Source: an uncultured Candidatus Saccharibacteria bacterium
Lineage (GTDB): Bacteria; Patescibacteriota; Dojkabacteria; J137
Assembly (NCBI GenBank): GCA_965230975.1
Contig: OZ246402.1
Span: 1,120,859 to 1,184,858, forward strand
Direction: 5' to 3'
DNA length: 64,000 nt
Made by a program: the position numbers and the translations under genes. Positions 20,565 through 30,521 of this stretch are shown here, piece by piece (position 1 is the first letter of the stretch; each line of letters begins with the position of its first letter). The notes below the pieces were generated by a model. The model had not been told where the DNA came from and did not search any database. It saw only the letters and a list, made by a program, of their open reading frames with translations.

Positions 20565-21638
20565 ATGCTTAATGAGGCACAAGAGCTTCTAAAAAGAATA
20601 GATATATCTAGCTATAACTTGCAGCTAGATAAAATTCAAGAAGAATCTAACAATATATTGAATACCCAAGGGTACTCTTCTACAGAATATATCTCTAATC
20701 TTAAAAAGATTAATTCTATTACCGAGGTTATTACAACCTATAAAGAAGTCGAAAAGCTGGCTAAAGACCTAAACGATACGCAAGAGTTATTATCTACAGA
20801 TGAGTTTAAAGACATTGCAGCAGAAGAGATTCTGAAGATAGAAACTACCCTAAAAGATAAGTTATTCAAACTACAAACCCTTACAAGAAAAACTCTTCCA
20901 AATGACGATAAAAAAGCAATAATTGAAGTTAGACCAGGAGTTGGTGGAGTTGAAGCATCTTTATTTGCAGAAGAGATTTTTAACATGTATCTAAATTACT
21001 GCAATTTAAAAAAGTTTAAGATTGAAGTTTATAGCTTAGAACATAATTCAGAAGGCGGAATCACAGAGGGAATATTTTCTATAGAAGAACCTGAATCTTT
21101 TGGACATTTTAGATTTGAAAGTGGTGTCCACAGAGTACAAAGAGTACCGACTACAGAAAGTGCCGGAAGAATCCATACATCTACAGTTTCAGTTGCAATA
21201 CTTCCTCAATTTGAGCAGTCAGAAATCAAGATTGATGATAAAGACTTAAGAATCGACGTATATAGGTCTAGTGGACCAGGAGGTCAATCAGTTAACACAA
21301 CTGACTCTGCTGTAAGAGTGTTACATATTCCTACAGGAATGATTGTTACTTCTCAAAATTCAAGGTCTCAAATTAAAAATAAAGAAATGGCATTAAGTAT
21401 TCTTTTTGCAAAACTTCAGGAGATTGAAATGCAAAAGCAGCTAGAGGCAGAAATGACCCTTAGAAAAGAGGCTGTAGCCACCTCAGATCGATCAATGAAG
21501 ATCAGAACCTACAACTTCCCCCAAAGCCGAGTTACCGACCATAGAGTTAATTACAGCTGGTTTAATATAAACGAAATTATTCAAGGCCAAATAGAAGACA
21601 TTATAAACTACGTAGCTAACGAATTAAGGAAAGACTAA
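20565..21638 (+). CDS. prfA: Peptide chain release factor 1
   Basis: GGQ motif (SGPGGQSVNTTDSAVR), RF1-type C-terminal IRTYNFPQSRVTDHRV. Codon-recognition tripeptide is PTT (VPTTE). Confidence 0.85.
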   Translation: MLNEAQELLKRIDISSYNLQLDKIQEESNNILNTQGYSSTEYISNLKKINSITEVITTYKEVEKLAKDLNDTQELLSTDEFKDIAAEEILKIETTLKDKLFKLQTLTRKTLPNDDKKAIIEVRPGVGGVEASLFAEEIFNMYLNYCNLKKFKIEVYSLEHNSEGGITEGIFSIEEPESFGHFRFESGVHRVQRVPTTESAGRIHTSTVSVAILPQFEQSEIKIDDKDLRIDVYRSSGPGGQSVNTTDSAVRVLHIPTGMIVTSQNSRSQIKNKEMALSILFAKLQEIEMQKQLEAEMTLRKEAVATSDRSMKIRTYNFPQSRVTDHRVNYSWFNINEIIQGQIEDIINYVANELRKD

Positions 21639-21697
21639 ATTCGATAACCGCATATCTAATTAATATTCTAGCAATTTACCAAGTCATATAACTGCTA

Positions 21698-22912
21698 CTA
21701 TTGAATTACCTCTAAAGCCTTATCAAGCTGTGGATCTTCTAAGTTTTTAAAATCGTCTTCTGTAAATTCAACTTCAAAGTTTGGTGTAATTGGATCTTCT
21801 TCTGTAATATTTCTGCCCGTTGGAGTTAACCATTGCTGAAAAACAACAATTAACATTGATCCATCAGAAAGCTCTAACGCCTGCTGTTCAACTCCTTTTC
21901 CGACTGTCTTTGTGCCAACAATACTACCTCTATTATTGTCTTGAACAGCAGCCGAGAAAATCTCAGATGCAGATGCACTACCCTCATTTACTATTACAGA
22001 AAGCGGTATGCTTTCAAATTTACCAGCTCTGTTATCTTTATAAATAGTCTCAGAGGTGTTTTTCTCTTTTTCCTTCATTAAAATAGTGCCATTTTGAAAG
22101 AATTCTTCTAAAATATATCTAACACTGTAAACATAACCACCTGGATTATTTCTTAAATCCACAACAATACCCTTTAAATTCGAATCTAATGATATTTCAG
22201 AAACTATCTTATCCCAACTTTTGTTTAAGGCTTCAGGTGTTACATCTACAAATTGAAAAATATTAATTTTATAAATACCATTATCAAGTTTTTCATAAGA
22301 TATATTATCTATGTCTATTTGCTCCCTAGTAATATCAAAAGATAAAGTATCTGCCTTAGATGGCCTAACAACTTCAACTTTTACCAAACTACCAGCCTTA
22401 CCTCTTACTTTTGAGGCAACTTCTGATGGATATTTACCAGTTACATCTATACCATCTACTTTAATAATAATATCTTTAGCCCTTAACCCAGCTTTTTCTG
22501 CAGGATAATTACTCATCACTGTTTCAATTTCAGTATTCTCTCCATTAAATTTTAATGAAACTCCTATGCCTTCAAAGTTAGGATCCTCTGATTCTTTATA
22601 AGACTTTGCCTCTTCTGGTGTTAAAAAACTTGTGTATTTACTATCCAGTGAATCTACAATGCCTTTTATTTTTGCATAATCTAAATTCTTTCCAGAAGGA
22701 ATATTACCCAAAAACTTTTCTTGAAGAATTTGATAAACACCATTTACATAATCAGAATCTTCTACAGATACTACATTTGAAGAATTTGTATTCGAATTAT
22801 ATGAATTTATTGTTTGAACTATTCCACCACCAATAAACAAACCCAATATTAAAACTATTGGAATAATAAATGGATATGATTGTTTATCTAGGGTGTTTTG
22901 AGTAGTAGGCAC
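21698..22912 (-). CDS. ctp: C-terminal processing (S41) peptidase with PDZ domain
   Basis: N-terminal TM, PDZ (GLRAKDIIIKVDG), S41 core (DLRNNPGGYV, GSASASEIF). Confidence 0.8.
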   Translation of the reverse strand: MPTTQNTLDKQSYPFIIPIVLILGLFIGGGIVQTINSYNSNTNSSNVVSVEDSDYVNGVYQILQEKFLGNIPSGKNLDYAKIKGIVDSLDSKYTSFLTPEEAKSYKESEDPNFEGIGVSLKFNGENTEIETVMSNYPAEKAGLRAKDIIIKVDGIDVTGKYPSEVASKVRGKAGSLVKVEVVRPSKADTLSFDITREQIDIDNISYEKLDNGIYKINIFQFVDVTPEALNKSWDKIVSEISLDSNLKGIVVDLRNNPGGYVYSVRYILEEFFQNGTILMKEKEKNTSETIYKDNRAGKFESIPLSVIVNEGSASASEIFSAAVQDNNRGSIVGTKTVGKGVEQQALELSDGSMLIVVFQQWLTPTGRNITEEDPITPNFEVEFTEDDFKNLEDPQLDKALEVIQ

Positions 22913-22949
22913 AATAGGTAGCTAAAAATTAACTACCTATTGTAATATT

Positions 22950-23195
22950 TTAGACGTATTGTGTAAATGGAATTAATCCAATATACCTTGCTCTTTTTAT
23001 TGATGTTGTAAGTTTCCTTTGACATCTTGCAGAAACACCAGTTTTATCGGTAGACATAATTCTACCTCTTGTTGTTATATACTTTTTTAAAGTAGACACA
23101 TCTTTATAGTCAATTCTTGAAGGATCATTGTTGAATGGGCACTTCAATACTTGAGGTTTGATTATTCTTTGCTGTTTCTTTTTTTTCAAAGCCAT
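22950..23195 (-). CDS. rpsR: 30S ribosomal protein S18
   Basis: CPFNNDPSRIDYKDVSTLKKYITTRGRI...RKLTTSIKRARYIGLIPF. Confidence 0.9.
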   Translation of the reverse strand: MALKKKKQQRIIKPQVLKCPFNNDPSRIDYKDVSTLKKYITTRGRIMSTDKTGVSARCQRKLTTSIKRARYIGLIPFTQYV

Positions 23196-23236
23196 ATCTT
23201 TCCTTTAACAAAATTAAAATATTTATTGAGATCTAA

Positions 23237-23722
23237 TTAAAATAAATCTTCACTTTTTAAATCTTCATCATCAGATTGAGGTTCTGTAACAACAGGATCC
23301 TCTTCGTAAGCTGAATCTGCATCGATTTCTTGTTCAGAATCAGTAGCGTTACTTGCACCTTCAAAACCAACGCCCTTTTTTCCCTTACTATCTAATAAGA
23401 ACATATCATTTAATTTGATTTCTGTTCTGTATTGTTTTTTACCTTCTTGATCTAAAATTACTTTATTTCTTAACTCTCCTTCTACATAAACTAACATACC
23501 TACTGCTAATACTTGAATGCAGATTTCTGCTAATTTATTAAAAGCTACTAAGTTATGATACTCTGCTTTTTCTTTGTACTCTCCATTTTTATCTTTCCAA
23601 CTAGTATTAGTTGCAATTCCAAATGAAGCAATCATAACTCCTCCAGCAGTTTCTCTTAAAACTGGGTCTCTTGTTAAATTTCCAATTAACATTACTTTGT
23701 TTAATGATCTTGATTTTGACAT
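23237..23722 (-). CDS. ssb: Single-stranded DNA-binding protein
   Basis: OB fold (NKVMLIGNLTRDPVLR), acidic C-terminal tail ending DDEDLKSEDLF. Confidence 0.9.
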   Translation of the reverse strand: MSKSRSLNKVMLIGNLTRDPVLRETAGGVMIASFGIATNTSWKDKNGEYKEKAEYHNLVAFNKLAEICIQVLAVGMLVYVEGELRNKVILDQEGKKQYRTEIKLNDMFLLDSKGKKGVGFEGASNATDSEQEIDADSAYEEDPVVTEPQSDDEDLKSEDLF

Positions 23723-23748
23723 AACAATACCTTAATAGTTATATAATT

Positions 23749-24042
23749 TTATAATTCAGTTTTTTTGATATCTAAAAATCTAATTAGTTCTGATGTTAAT
23801 ACTAATTTTTGCTTTAACTTAGAAATATTTGAAGATGTGATAGATAAGTCACATAGTAAGTAGTAACCTTCTTTATTTGCATCTATATCATAAGCAAGCA
23901 ATCTTTTACCATTACCAAATGATTCGTTGATTTTTATAGTACCTTTTAATTCCTTAACGATCTTTTCAATCTTGGGAAAAATTCTTTCCTTAACATCCTC
24001 ATTTGTCAGAGGCTTAAACAACAACATTAATTCGTATTCCAT
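23749..24042 (-). CDS. rpsF: 30S ribosomal protein S6
   Basis: MEYELMLLFKP... Conserved rpsF-ssb-rpsR order. Confidence 0.85.
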   Translation of the reverse strand: MEYELMLLFKPLTNEDVKERIFPKIEKIVKELKGTIKINESFGNGKRLLAYDIDANKEGYYLLCDLSITSSNISKLKQKLVLTSELIRFLDIKKTEL

Positions 24043-24171
24043 AAAGCGTTTTCAAAATTAATTAAATTAGCGCGTAATTATATCTAAGAATATGCTTAGA
24101 CACAAGGACTATTCTTGAAATTATAAGTATATAATAACCCTGAAATTTTACAAAAATACTACAAACTGGAA

Positions 24172-24774
24172 TTAAAACTCTACCCTACTTCTTAAAGAGT
24201 CAACAATTGTTTGACCGGAAACATATTCAATATCTCCACCAACCGGGATTCCCTTGGCCAGTCTTGTAATTTTCAAGGTCGACATTATTTTTAAAACCTC
24301 TTGTTTTATGTATAAACCAGTAGCTTCTCCCTCAATAGTTGGGTTTAAAGCTATAATAAGTTCAGTTACTGAACCCAACTTTAACCTGTTTAATAATTCT
24401 GGTATTCGAATTTCATCTGGACCAATTCCATTTATAGGAGATATCAATCCATTAAGTACGTGATATTTACCTTTAAACTCGGATGATGTTTCTATATTTA
24501 TTAAATCTAGAGGATCTTCAACAACCATAATTTGAGAACTATCTCTAGTTGAGTCTTCACAAATATCACAAAGTTCTTTATTTGATATATTTCCACAAAG
24601 CTTGCAAGGCATAGTATTTTCTATCATATCATCTATACTTTGCGCCATTCTTTTAGCTAAATCTTTCGCATTTATACTTAAATACAATGCAATTCGATTA
24701 GATAACTTGGGCCCAACATTAGGTAATGAAGAAAATATATCTGATAACTTTTGCACCTCTTTTGGGAAATTCAT
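24172..24774 (-). CDS. recR: Recombination protein RecR
   Basis: HhH (LPNVGPKLSNRIA), C4 zinc finger (CKLCGN...CDIC), Toprim domain. Confidence 0.9.
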   Translation of the reverse strand: MNFPKEVQKLSDIFSSLPNVGPKLSNRIALYLSINAKDLAKRMAQSIDDMIENTMPCKLCGNISNKELCDICEDSTRDSSQIMVVEDPLDLINIETSSEFKGKYHVLNGLISPINGIGPDEIRIPELLNRLKLGSVTELIIALNPTIEGEATGLYIKQEVLKIMSTLKITRLAKGIPVGGDIEYVSGQTIVDSLRSRVEF

Positions 24775-24823
24775 AAAAATATATCTTTACTAACTGTTCA
24801 AAATGTAATTTTGTCTTAAACAA

Positions 24824-24856
24824 CCCGGGAAATGATATGACATATCATTTCCCGAG
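24824..24856. promoter_or_regulatory. 33-bp near-perfect palindrome in the ybaB-recR intergenic region
   Basis: CCCGGGAAATGATATG-A-CATATCATTTCCCGAG: 16-bp arms with one mismatch; no downstream T-run. Confidence 0.5.
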
Positions 24857-24869
24857 TTTAGTTACTGGT

Positions 24870-25190
24870 TTATCCAAGCAAATCTTTTATATCATCTACA
24901 TTCATTGTCTCTTGCATCTTTTTTTGCAATTGTTTTTTTGCATCTTCAAAGCTTAATCTTAAGTCTTCTCTAACTGTTTTAACAATTTTTTCTGCTAAGA
25001 CTCTATTTTCTTCAGATACATTTGCTTTTTGCATAACTGCATCTAAATTAATTTCATCTTCAACCCAATCTATTAATCCATTCACCAATATACTTGCAGA
25101 GCCGTGCTTGCCAGCAGCCTCTATTTTTTTAGCTCTGTTTTGAGCCTCTCTTGCCTTTGCAATCATTTTAGGAATATCTAACACACCCAT
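24870..25190 (-). CDS. ybaB: Nucleoid-associated protein YbaB/EbfC
   Basis: 106 aa, lies between dnaX and recR as in most bacteria; helical N-terminus and conserved core. Confidence 0.8.
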   Translation of the reverse strand: MGVLDIPKMIAKAREAQNRAKKIEAAGKHGSASILVNGLIDWVEDEINLDAVMQKANVSEENRVLAEKIVKTVREDLRLSFEDAKKQLQKKMQETMNVDDIKDLLG

Positions 25191-25289
25191 TTTTTTTATT
25201 TAATAAGTAATAAGTTCTCAGTTTTATAATTTCAACATAAAGAGTTTCTTAAAACTGAAGACTCGTGACTTATAGCTAGATATTATACA

Positions 25290-26840
25290 TCAAAGTAATG
25301 ATTCTACTAAGTCAGTGTTATCTGTTTGTTCCTTTACAACTTCTACCGCAATTTCGTTTTCCACATTACTAATTATAGGTGCATGAATAATTTCTACCTC
25401 AATACTTTCCTCTTCAATATTTGAATTATTTGCATCTTCAATTGATTCTACATTGACCCCTGAAATACTTAAGCCACTATTTTTAAATAGTTCAATAATA
25501 TATGTCTTAACCTCCGGCTTATTTAAAAAAGCAATATTTAGCTTGTATGGAGTTTTGATTGTTAGAATATCGTTATCTAAATCTACTTGAGAGTTTAAAA
25601 TTATTTGCCTAAGTCGTGGGTAATCTGTTTTAGCAAATTCTGCTATAGTTTCTTTATAATTTCCCTTAGATACTTGGATTTTGCTTGGGGTAAGAGGTTT
25701 ATCTGGTTTAACCTGAGGGATCTGTTCTATAGCTTTAGATTGCAATGGTGTATTAGGTAAATTTGTTACTGAACCAGCTGATTCAGATCTAAGATTAGGT
25801 AGACTTTCTGCACAATACTTAATGATTTCAAGTCTCAAGATTAAATTTTTATCTATGAATTCTTTTAATAAAGTTTTAGATGTAATTGCAAAATTAACTA
25901 TAGGGATATAACTACTTGCCAGTTTTAAATCACTCAAAATGATTTCATGAAGTTTTTCTATTAGGTTGTCAATTATGCTTATAGATGAATAACCATCATT
26001 TATAAATTGATCATATGTTTTTAAGGAATTTGGCAAATCTCTTGCTAGCAAAAACTTAGCTAAGTTAACTAAGTCATCTTCTTTTAGCATGCCTAATGAG
26101 GTATAAACCTCTTGCAAAGTAATCAAATTATCCTTATTTGTTGTTATAAGTTTAGATAACAAGCTTTCTGCATCTCTAAAACTTCCACCCGATTTTTTAT
26201 AGATAATTTCTAAAACTCCATCTTCTACTTGCATCTTTTCAGATTTTAATACAGTATTTAACTTTTCAAATAACTCTTCTCGAGATGCAAGGGCAAGGTC
26301 ATATCTTTCAACTCTAGAAAGAATAGTTACGGGAATCTTATGTGATTCTGTTGTTGCAAGTATAAACATTACATGAGCAGGTGGTTCTTCTAACGTTTTT
26401 AGAAGTGCGTTAAAGGCCTCCTTCGTCAACATATGGGCCTCATCAATTATGTATACTTTTTTGTTTAAAAAACTTGGTGAAAAATTTACGTTTTCTTTTA
26501 GACTTCTAATCTCTTCTATTCCTCTATTTGAAGCTGCATCCATTTCTATTATATCTATTGCGGAGTATTCATTTATAGCTTTGCAATTACTACATTCATT
26601 ACATACATCTCCTAGTTCGTTAAATTTTTCGCAATTTACAGCTTTGGCCATTAATCTAGCTAAAGTGGTTTTACCTGTCCCTCTTGGACCGGTAAAAAGA
26701 TAGGCGTGAGAAACCCTATTTTTATTTATACTACCTTTTAATATCTCTACCGTTTTTGTTTGGCCAACAACCTCTGAAAAGCTTTTAGATCTATATTTTC
26801 GGTAAAGTACTGTGTTTTCTGCCATAAAGTTATTATACAT
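25290..26840 (-). CDS. dnaX: DNA polymerase III subunit tau/gamma
   Basis: HAYLFTGPRGTGKTTLARLMAKAVNCE, zinc module CxxC, sensor motifs. 516 aa. Confidence 0.95.
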   Translation of the reverse strand: MYNNFMAENTVLYRKYRSKSFSEVVGQTKTVEILKGSINKNRVSHAYLFTGPRGTGKTTLARLMAKAVNCEKFNELGDVCNECSNCKAINEYSAIDIIEMDAASNRGIEEIRSLKENVNFSPSFLNKKVYIIDEAHMLTKEAFNALLKTLEEPPAHVMFILATTESHKIPVTILSRVERYDLALASREELFEKLNTVLKSEKMQVEDGVLEIIYKKSGGSFRDAESLLSKLITTNKDNLITLQEVYTSLGMLKEDDLVNLAKFLLARDLPNSLKTYDQFINDGYSSISIIDNLIEKLHEIILSDLKLASSYIPIVNFAITSKTLLKEFIDKNLILRLEIIKYCAESLPNLRSESAGSVTNLPNTPLQSKAIEQIPQVKPDKPLTPSKIQVSKGNYKETIAEFAKTDYPRLRQIILNSQVDLDNDILTIKTPYKLNIAFLNKPEVKTYIIELFKNSGLSISGVNVESIEDANNSNIEEESIEVEIIHAPIISNVENEIAVEVVKEQTDNTDLVESLL

Positions 26841-26927
26841 GATGATGCTAATTTTTTAAGAAATCTATGCTAAATTTTTAATTTTGTAATTAATGATATA
26901 ATCCAGACTGATATTATTTGAATAAAT

Positions 26928-27716
26928 ATGACAGACAGCAAATATATAGGAAAAAGGCTCCCAAATTTTAACCAAGATATGGTTGAATTAGTCGATCTAA
27001 ATAGTCCAAGTACTTTTAACACAATCAACGATTACGATCTTTCAGTCTTGTGGGAAGCTTATGAAATAGCAAACAACCCCGAAACTACATCTGATGAAGC
27101 TAAAGCTAGAGTTGTTGCAATTGCTGCGGCAATAGCTATGTGCCCTGTACCCGGAAATGCATTAATCGCCTATGGAGGACTTAGTAACTGGAAGGAAGTT
27201 GCAGCTGCTTACATCTCAACAAAGTTTATTCACAGTTACATTGTTGATATGCTAAGAAAATCAGATAAACCTGTTCACCAATATATGATTAGTTTATTTA
27301 CCAGCAATTACCCACGACATGGCGGAAACTTTAGGTCACCAGACTGGCCAGTATCCAAACATATTGCAGAATTTGATATACATTTACTAGGACATGCTAA
27401 CCCGGTTTCCTACTCAGTATCTAGAATAATTCGTGACGGTTTTAAACATTTTAAAGAAACTCAACAAAGAGGAAACCTAGTAGCCATTTATGACAGGATA
27501 ATGGAAATAAATTACATTGAAGATGATGTAGATTTGATTTTAAAAATAGCAAAAATAGCACTAGAACTAGGTGTGCCTAGAAGCATCATTCTTAAACACA
27601 TTAAAAGTCAAGGTTATTTAGTTGAAGAAAATGGATTAAATTACTTAAAAGATAGGATTGAAGAAAGGTTGAAATTACCCGAATTTCAATTACTTTCAGA
27701 AGCAGTAGAAAACTAA
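26928..27716 (+). CDS. Orphan hypothetical protein (no recognisable family)
   Basis: 262 aa. Isolated plus-strand gene between minus-strand operons, with its own terminator. Locally somewhat higher GC than neighbours. Confidence 0.5.
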   Translation: MTDSKYIGKRLPNFNQDMVELVDLNSPSTFNTINDYDLSVLWEAYEIANNPETTSDEAKARVVAIAAAIAMCPVPGNALIAYGGLSNWKEVAAAYISTKFIHSYIVDMLRKSDKPVHQYMISLFTSNYPRHGGNFRSPDWPVSKHIAEFDIHLLGHANPVSYSVSRIIRDGFKHFKETQQRGNLVAIYDRIMEINYIEDDVDLILKIAKIALELGVPRSIILKHIKSQGYLVEENGLNYLKDRIEERLKLPEFQLLSEAVEN

Positions 27717-27752
27717 ATGAAAAAACGTCCCGATTAATCGGGACGTTTTAAA
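27717..27752. terminator. Bidirectional Rho-independent terminator between convergent genes
   Basis: ACGTCCCGATTAATCGGGACGT hairpin with a T-run on both strands (plus-strand AAAAAA 5' of the stem reads as a T-run on the minus strand). Confidence 0.8.
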
Positions 27753-27783
27753 TTCTTTTGAATTGAAGGTTGTATGCTATTAA

Positions 27784-27987
27784 TTATTTAATAATTCTTC
27801 TAGCAGCACTTCGTCTTCGTCTTTTTGTTTTTTCCCAAACTTTTCGTTTTTCGTGAACTGCTTTTGTTTTTGGGTAATAATATCTCTTCTCTTCTAGCTT
27901 TTCCATAACTCCTTCTCGAGTTGCTTCTCTCCAAAGAAGTCTTAAAGCTAAATCGATTGACATATCATCGTGAACTACAACTGACAT
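27784..27987 (-). CDS. rpsU: 30S ribosomal protein S21
   Basis: 67 aa, basic, RLLWREATREGVMEKLEEKRYYYPKTKAVHEKRK resembles S21. Confidence 0.7.
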   Translation of the reverse strand: MSVVVHDDMSIDLALRLLWREATREGVMEKLEEKRYYYPKTKAVHEKRKVWEKTKRRRRSAARRIIK

Positions 27988-28059
27988 ACACCTCCTTTTA
28001 GTTAATTAAATTAATTGCTCGGTATTTTAACATAAGGTATGTTAAGACTCCAAGTATTC

Positions 28060-29184
28060 TTATTTTGGCAACACTAATTGCAAAACGTCTTTAAAAGTAA
28101 CTAATACAAATAGGATTATCATAAACCCAAACCCTGCAGTTGTTATAAAATTAATAACTCTATCTGAAAGTTTTCGTTTTGTTAACTTTTCAATTGTAAT
28201 GATCAATATATGACCTCCATCTAGGGCAGGTATTGGCAATATATTAAAGAATGCTAAAGAGATGCTTATAAAAGCAGTTAGTGCAACAAGAAACGTATAT
28301 TCATTTAAAGCTACTGCACTATTGACAGTTCCTGCAACCTGAACGATTCCTCCAACAGAATTTGATACTTCTTGATAATTTCCACTTGAAAATGCATTTG
28401 AAAATATATTTCCAAGTGCTTTAATTTGGTAAACAAAAATATCATACGTCATTGAAACGCCAGAAAGAATATCTGATTTATACTTTAAGAAGTATGTTGG
28501 TTGATTAGAAGGGTATAAGGTTACTTGAAGTATTCCTCCGTTGTCCGACTTAATTGGTACAGTAAAGTCTATATTTGAAGTCTCGTAGGTATCTAAGTTT
28601 ATTAATGTGAAAGTAGCTTCTTTACCTTGCAAAGATTCTAAATTCTGAAAGAATTCATTGTAACTATCAAAAGATTTTCCATTTATCTGGACAATAGAAT
28701 CTCCGATTTTAAAAATCTCCTTTACCGGACTATCTTCTGAGATAGAAGTTATTGTAACAGGTGCGTAAACACTTTGAGATTGAACATTAGTAAATGAGTA
28801 ATCTGTAAGTTTAGCAATTGGGAATTTGTAATCTGTTATAGCTAAGTACCCTGTCAATAATACTACTGCTAAAACCATATTCATAATTACACCTGCAGAA
28901 AGAACTACCACTTTTTGATAGTAAGGCCTATTTCTAAAATTATTTGGGCTAGAACTATCTAACTCTCCTTCTAACTCAACAAAGCCTCCTAAAGGGAATA
29001 ATCTAAAAGTATAGTTTGTACCCTTATAGAATTTCTTAAATAGAACCCTTCCAAAACCTATAGAAAACTCTTTCACCTCCATTTTAAAGAACTTTGCAGC
29101 ACTAAAGTGACCGAACTCATGAATTGCAACAATTATTGTTAAAACAATTAAAGTTACTAATATAGATATTGGATTAAAAGTCAT
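28060..29184 (-). CDS. rseP: Site-2 protease RseP (M50 zinc metalloprotease with PDZ)
   Basis: HEFGHF zinc motif, PDZ domain, NILPIPALDGGH motif. Confidence 0.9.
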   Translation of the reverse strand: MTFNPISILVTLIVLTIIVAIHEFGHFSAAKFFKMEVKEFSIGFGRVLFKKFYKGTNYTFRLFPLGGFVELEGELDSSSPNNFRNRPYYQKVVVLSAGVIMNMVLAVVLLTGYLAITDYKFPIAKLTDYSFTNVQSQSVYAPVTITSISEDSPVKEIFKIGDSIVQINGKSFDSYNEFFQNLESLQGKEATFTLINLDTYETSNIDFTVPIKSDNGGILQVTLYPSNQPTYFLKYKSDILSGVSMTYDIFVYQIKALGNIFSNAFSSGNYQEVSNSVGGIVQVAGTVNSAVALNEYTFLVALTAFISISLAFFNILPIPALDGGHILIITIEKLTKRKLSDRVINFITTAGFGFMIILFVLVTFKDVLQLVLPK

Positions 29185-29207
29185 ATTTAATAATTGTTAT
29201 AATTAAG

Positions 29208-29756
29208 TTACACAGCCATTATATCTATCTCTTTAACCTTAGCTATTTCCTCTAAGTTAGAGATAGATTTATCCACCAACTCCTGAACCTTCTCTTCGCT
29301 TCTCTTTTGATCATCTTCTGATACTTTATCCATGGAGGAAATCTCTTCCATATACTTTCGCCTTACATTTTGCCTAACTTTAACTCTAGCATCTTCAAGT
29401 AAAGCATTAAGCTCCTTAACTTGTTGCATTCTAACCTCTTGAGTCATTGGCACAAAGTTAACATTAATTGTAACTGGGTCAGATTGATTTACTGAAGCAC
29501 CCAGCTGTGCAGCAACAATTGCATCTAAAACTGATTGAGTCATATTTCTATCAAAGATTTTCCAAGTTATAGACAAACCATTTTGAGTAGGAGAACCCAT
29601 ATAAGAAACTGCAGTTGGTGCACCATAGTAATCAACAAATATCGATTCGAAAACTTGTAAGCTAGGCTTGCCAGTTCTTAAACCAGAAATCTCCTTCTTA
29701 AATCGCTCTTCCTCTTTTTTTAAATCACTAACTATAGTGCTTTCATCTACTAACAT
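29208..29756 (-). CDS. frr: Ribosome recycling factor
   Basis: 182 aa, RRF fold signature (VRRKYMEEI...). Confidence 0.85.
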   Translation of the reverse strand: MLVDESTIVSDLKKEEERFKKEISGLRTGKPSLQVFESIFVDYYGAPTAVSYMGSPTQNGLSITWKIFDRNMTQSVLDAIVAAQLGASVNQSDPVTINVNFVPMTQEVRMQQVKELNALLEDARVKVRQNVRRKYMEEISSMDKVSEDDQKRSEEKVQELVDKSISNLEEIAKVKEIDIMAV

Positions 29757-29765
29757 ATACTTCTT

Positions 29766-29815
29766 ATAAAATTTAATATAAAAAACCCGCTTCCGAACAA
29801 GATATTTTACATCAT
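29766..29815 (-). terminator. Probable Rho-independent terminator between tsf and frr (minus strand)
   Basis: Minus strand reads CCCGTTTTCGAA...TTCGGAAGCGGG followed by TTTTTTAT; imperfect stem. Confidence 0.45.
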
Positions 29816-29849
29816 TATTCGAAAACGGGTAAGCAATTAATTTTTACAA

Positions 29850-30521
29850 TTACTCTTCTGATTCTGTACTTCCTCCAAAAATTGTGGAGATTACAGGATT
29901 TTGAGAAACCTGAACCTTATAAAACTGTGTAATTTGAATCTTTTCACCAATTTTACTAATCATATCATTTAAAGCATCTTCAACTGTTCTTGATTCATCT
30001 ACAAAGAATGATTGTTTTAACAATACTGTCTCTTTAAAGAACTTATCTAGTTTTCCTTGAATAATACTCTCTTTAATATTTTCTGGTTTACCTTCTAAAC
30101 CTTGTTCTGCTGCTTCTTTTTCTGTTTTAAGAGTCTCTGCATCAACAGCTTCTACACTTACATACTTTGGGTTAACTGCAGCAATATGAATTGCTAAGTC
30201 TCTAGCAAATTTTTTCATATCTTCTCCGTTTGCAGCAAAGTCAGTTTCGCAAGCAACCTCAACAACAACTACTAATTTATTATTGTTGTGAATATATGTA
30301 CCTAATATTCCGTTGCTAGCAACTTTGTCTTTTCTTTTTTCTCCCTTTGCAATACCCTTTTCTCTTAAGTATTTTATTGCGGCCTCTACATCTCCATTTG
30401 TAGACTCTAAAGCCTCTCTTACTGAGCCTACTCCTGCACCTGTTCTTTCTCTTAATTCTTTTATTTGTTCTATACTTATCATTGTTTTAAAATTAACAAT
30501 TAAATATTTAACTGCTAACAA
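29850..30521 (-). CDS. tsf: Elongation factor Ts
   Basis: UBA-like N-terminus ISIEQIKELRERTGAGVGSVREALE. Confidence 0.9.
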   Translation of the reverse strand: MLAVKYLIVNFKTMISIEQIKELRERTGAGVGSVREALESTNGDVEAAIKYLREKGIAKGEKRKDKVASNGILGTYIHNNNKLVVVVEVACETDFAANGEDMKKFARDLAIHIAAVNPKYVSVEAVDAETLKTEKEAAEQGLEGKPENIKESIIQGKLDKFFKETVLLKQSFFVDESRTVEDALNDMISKIGEKIQITQFYKVQVSQNPVISTIFGGSTESEE

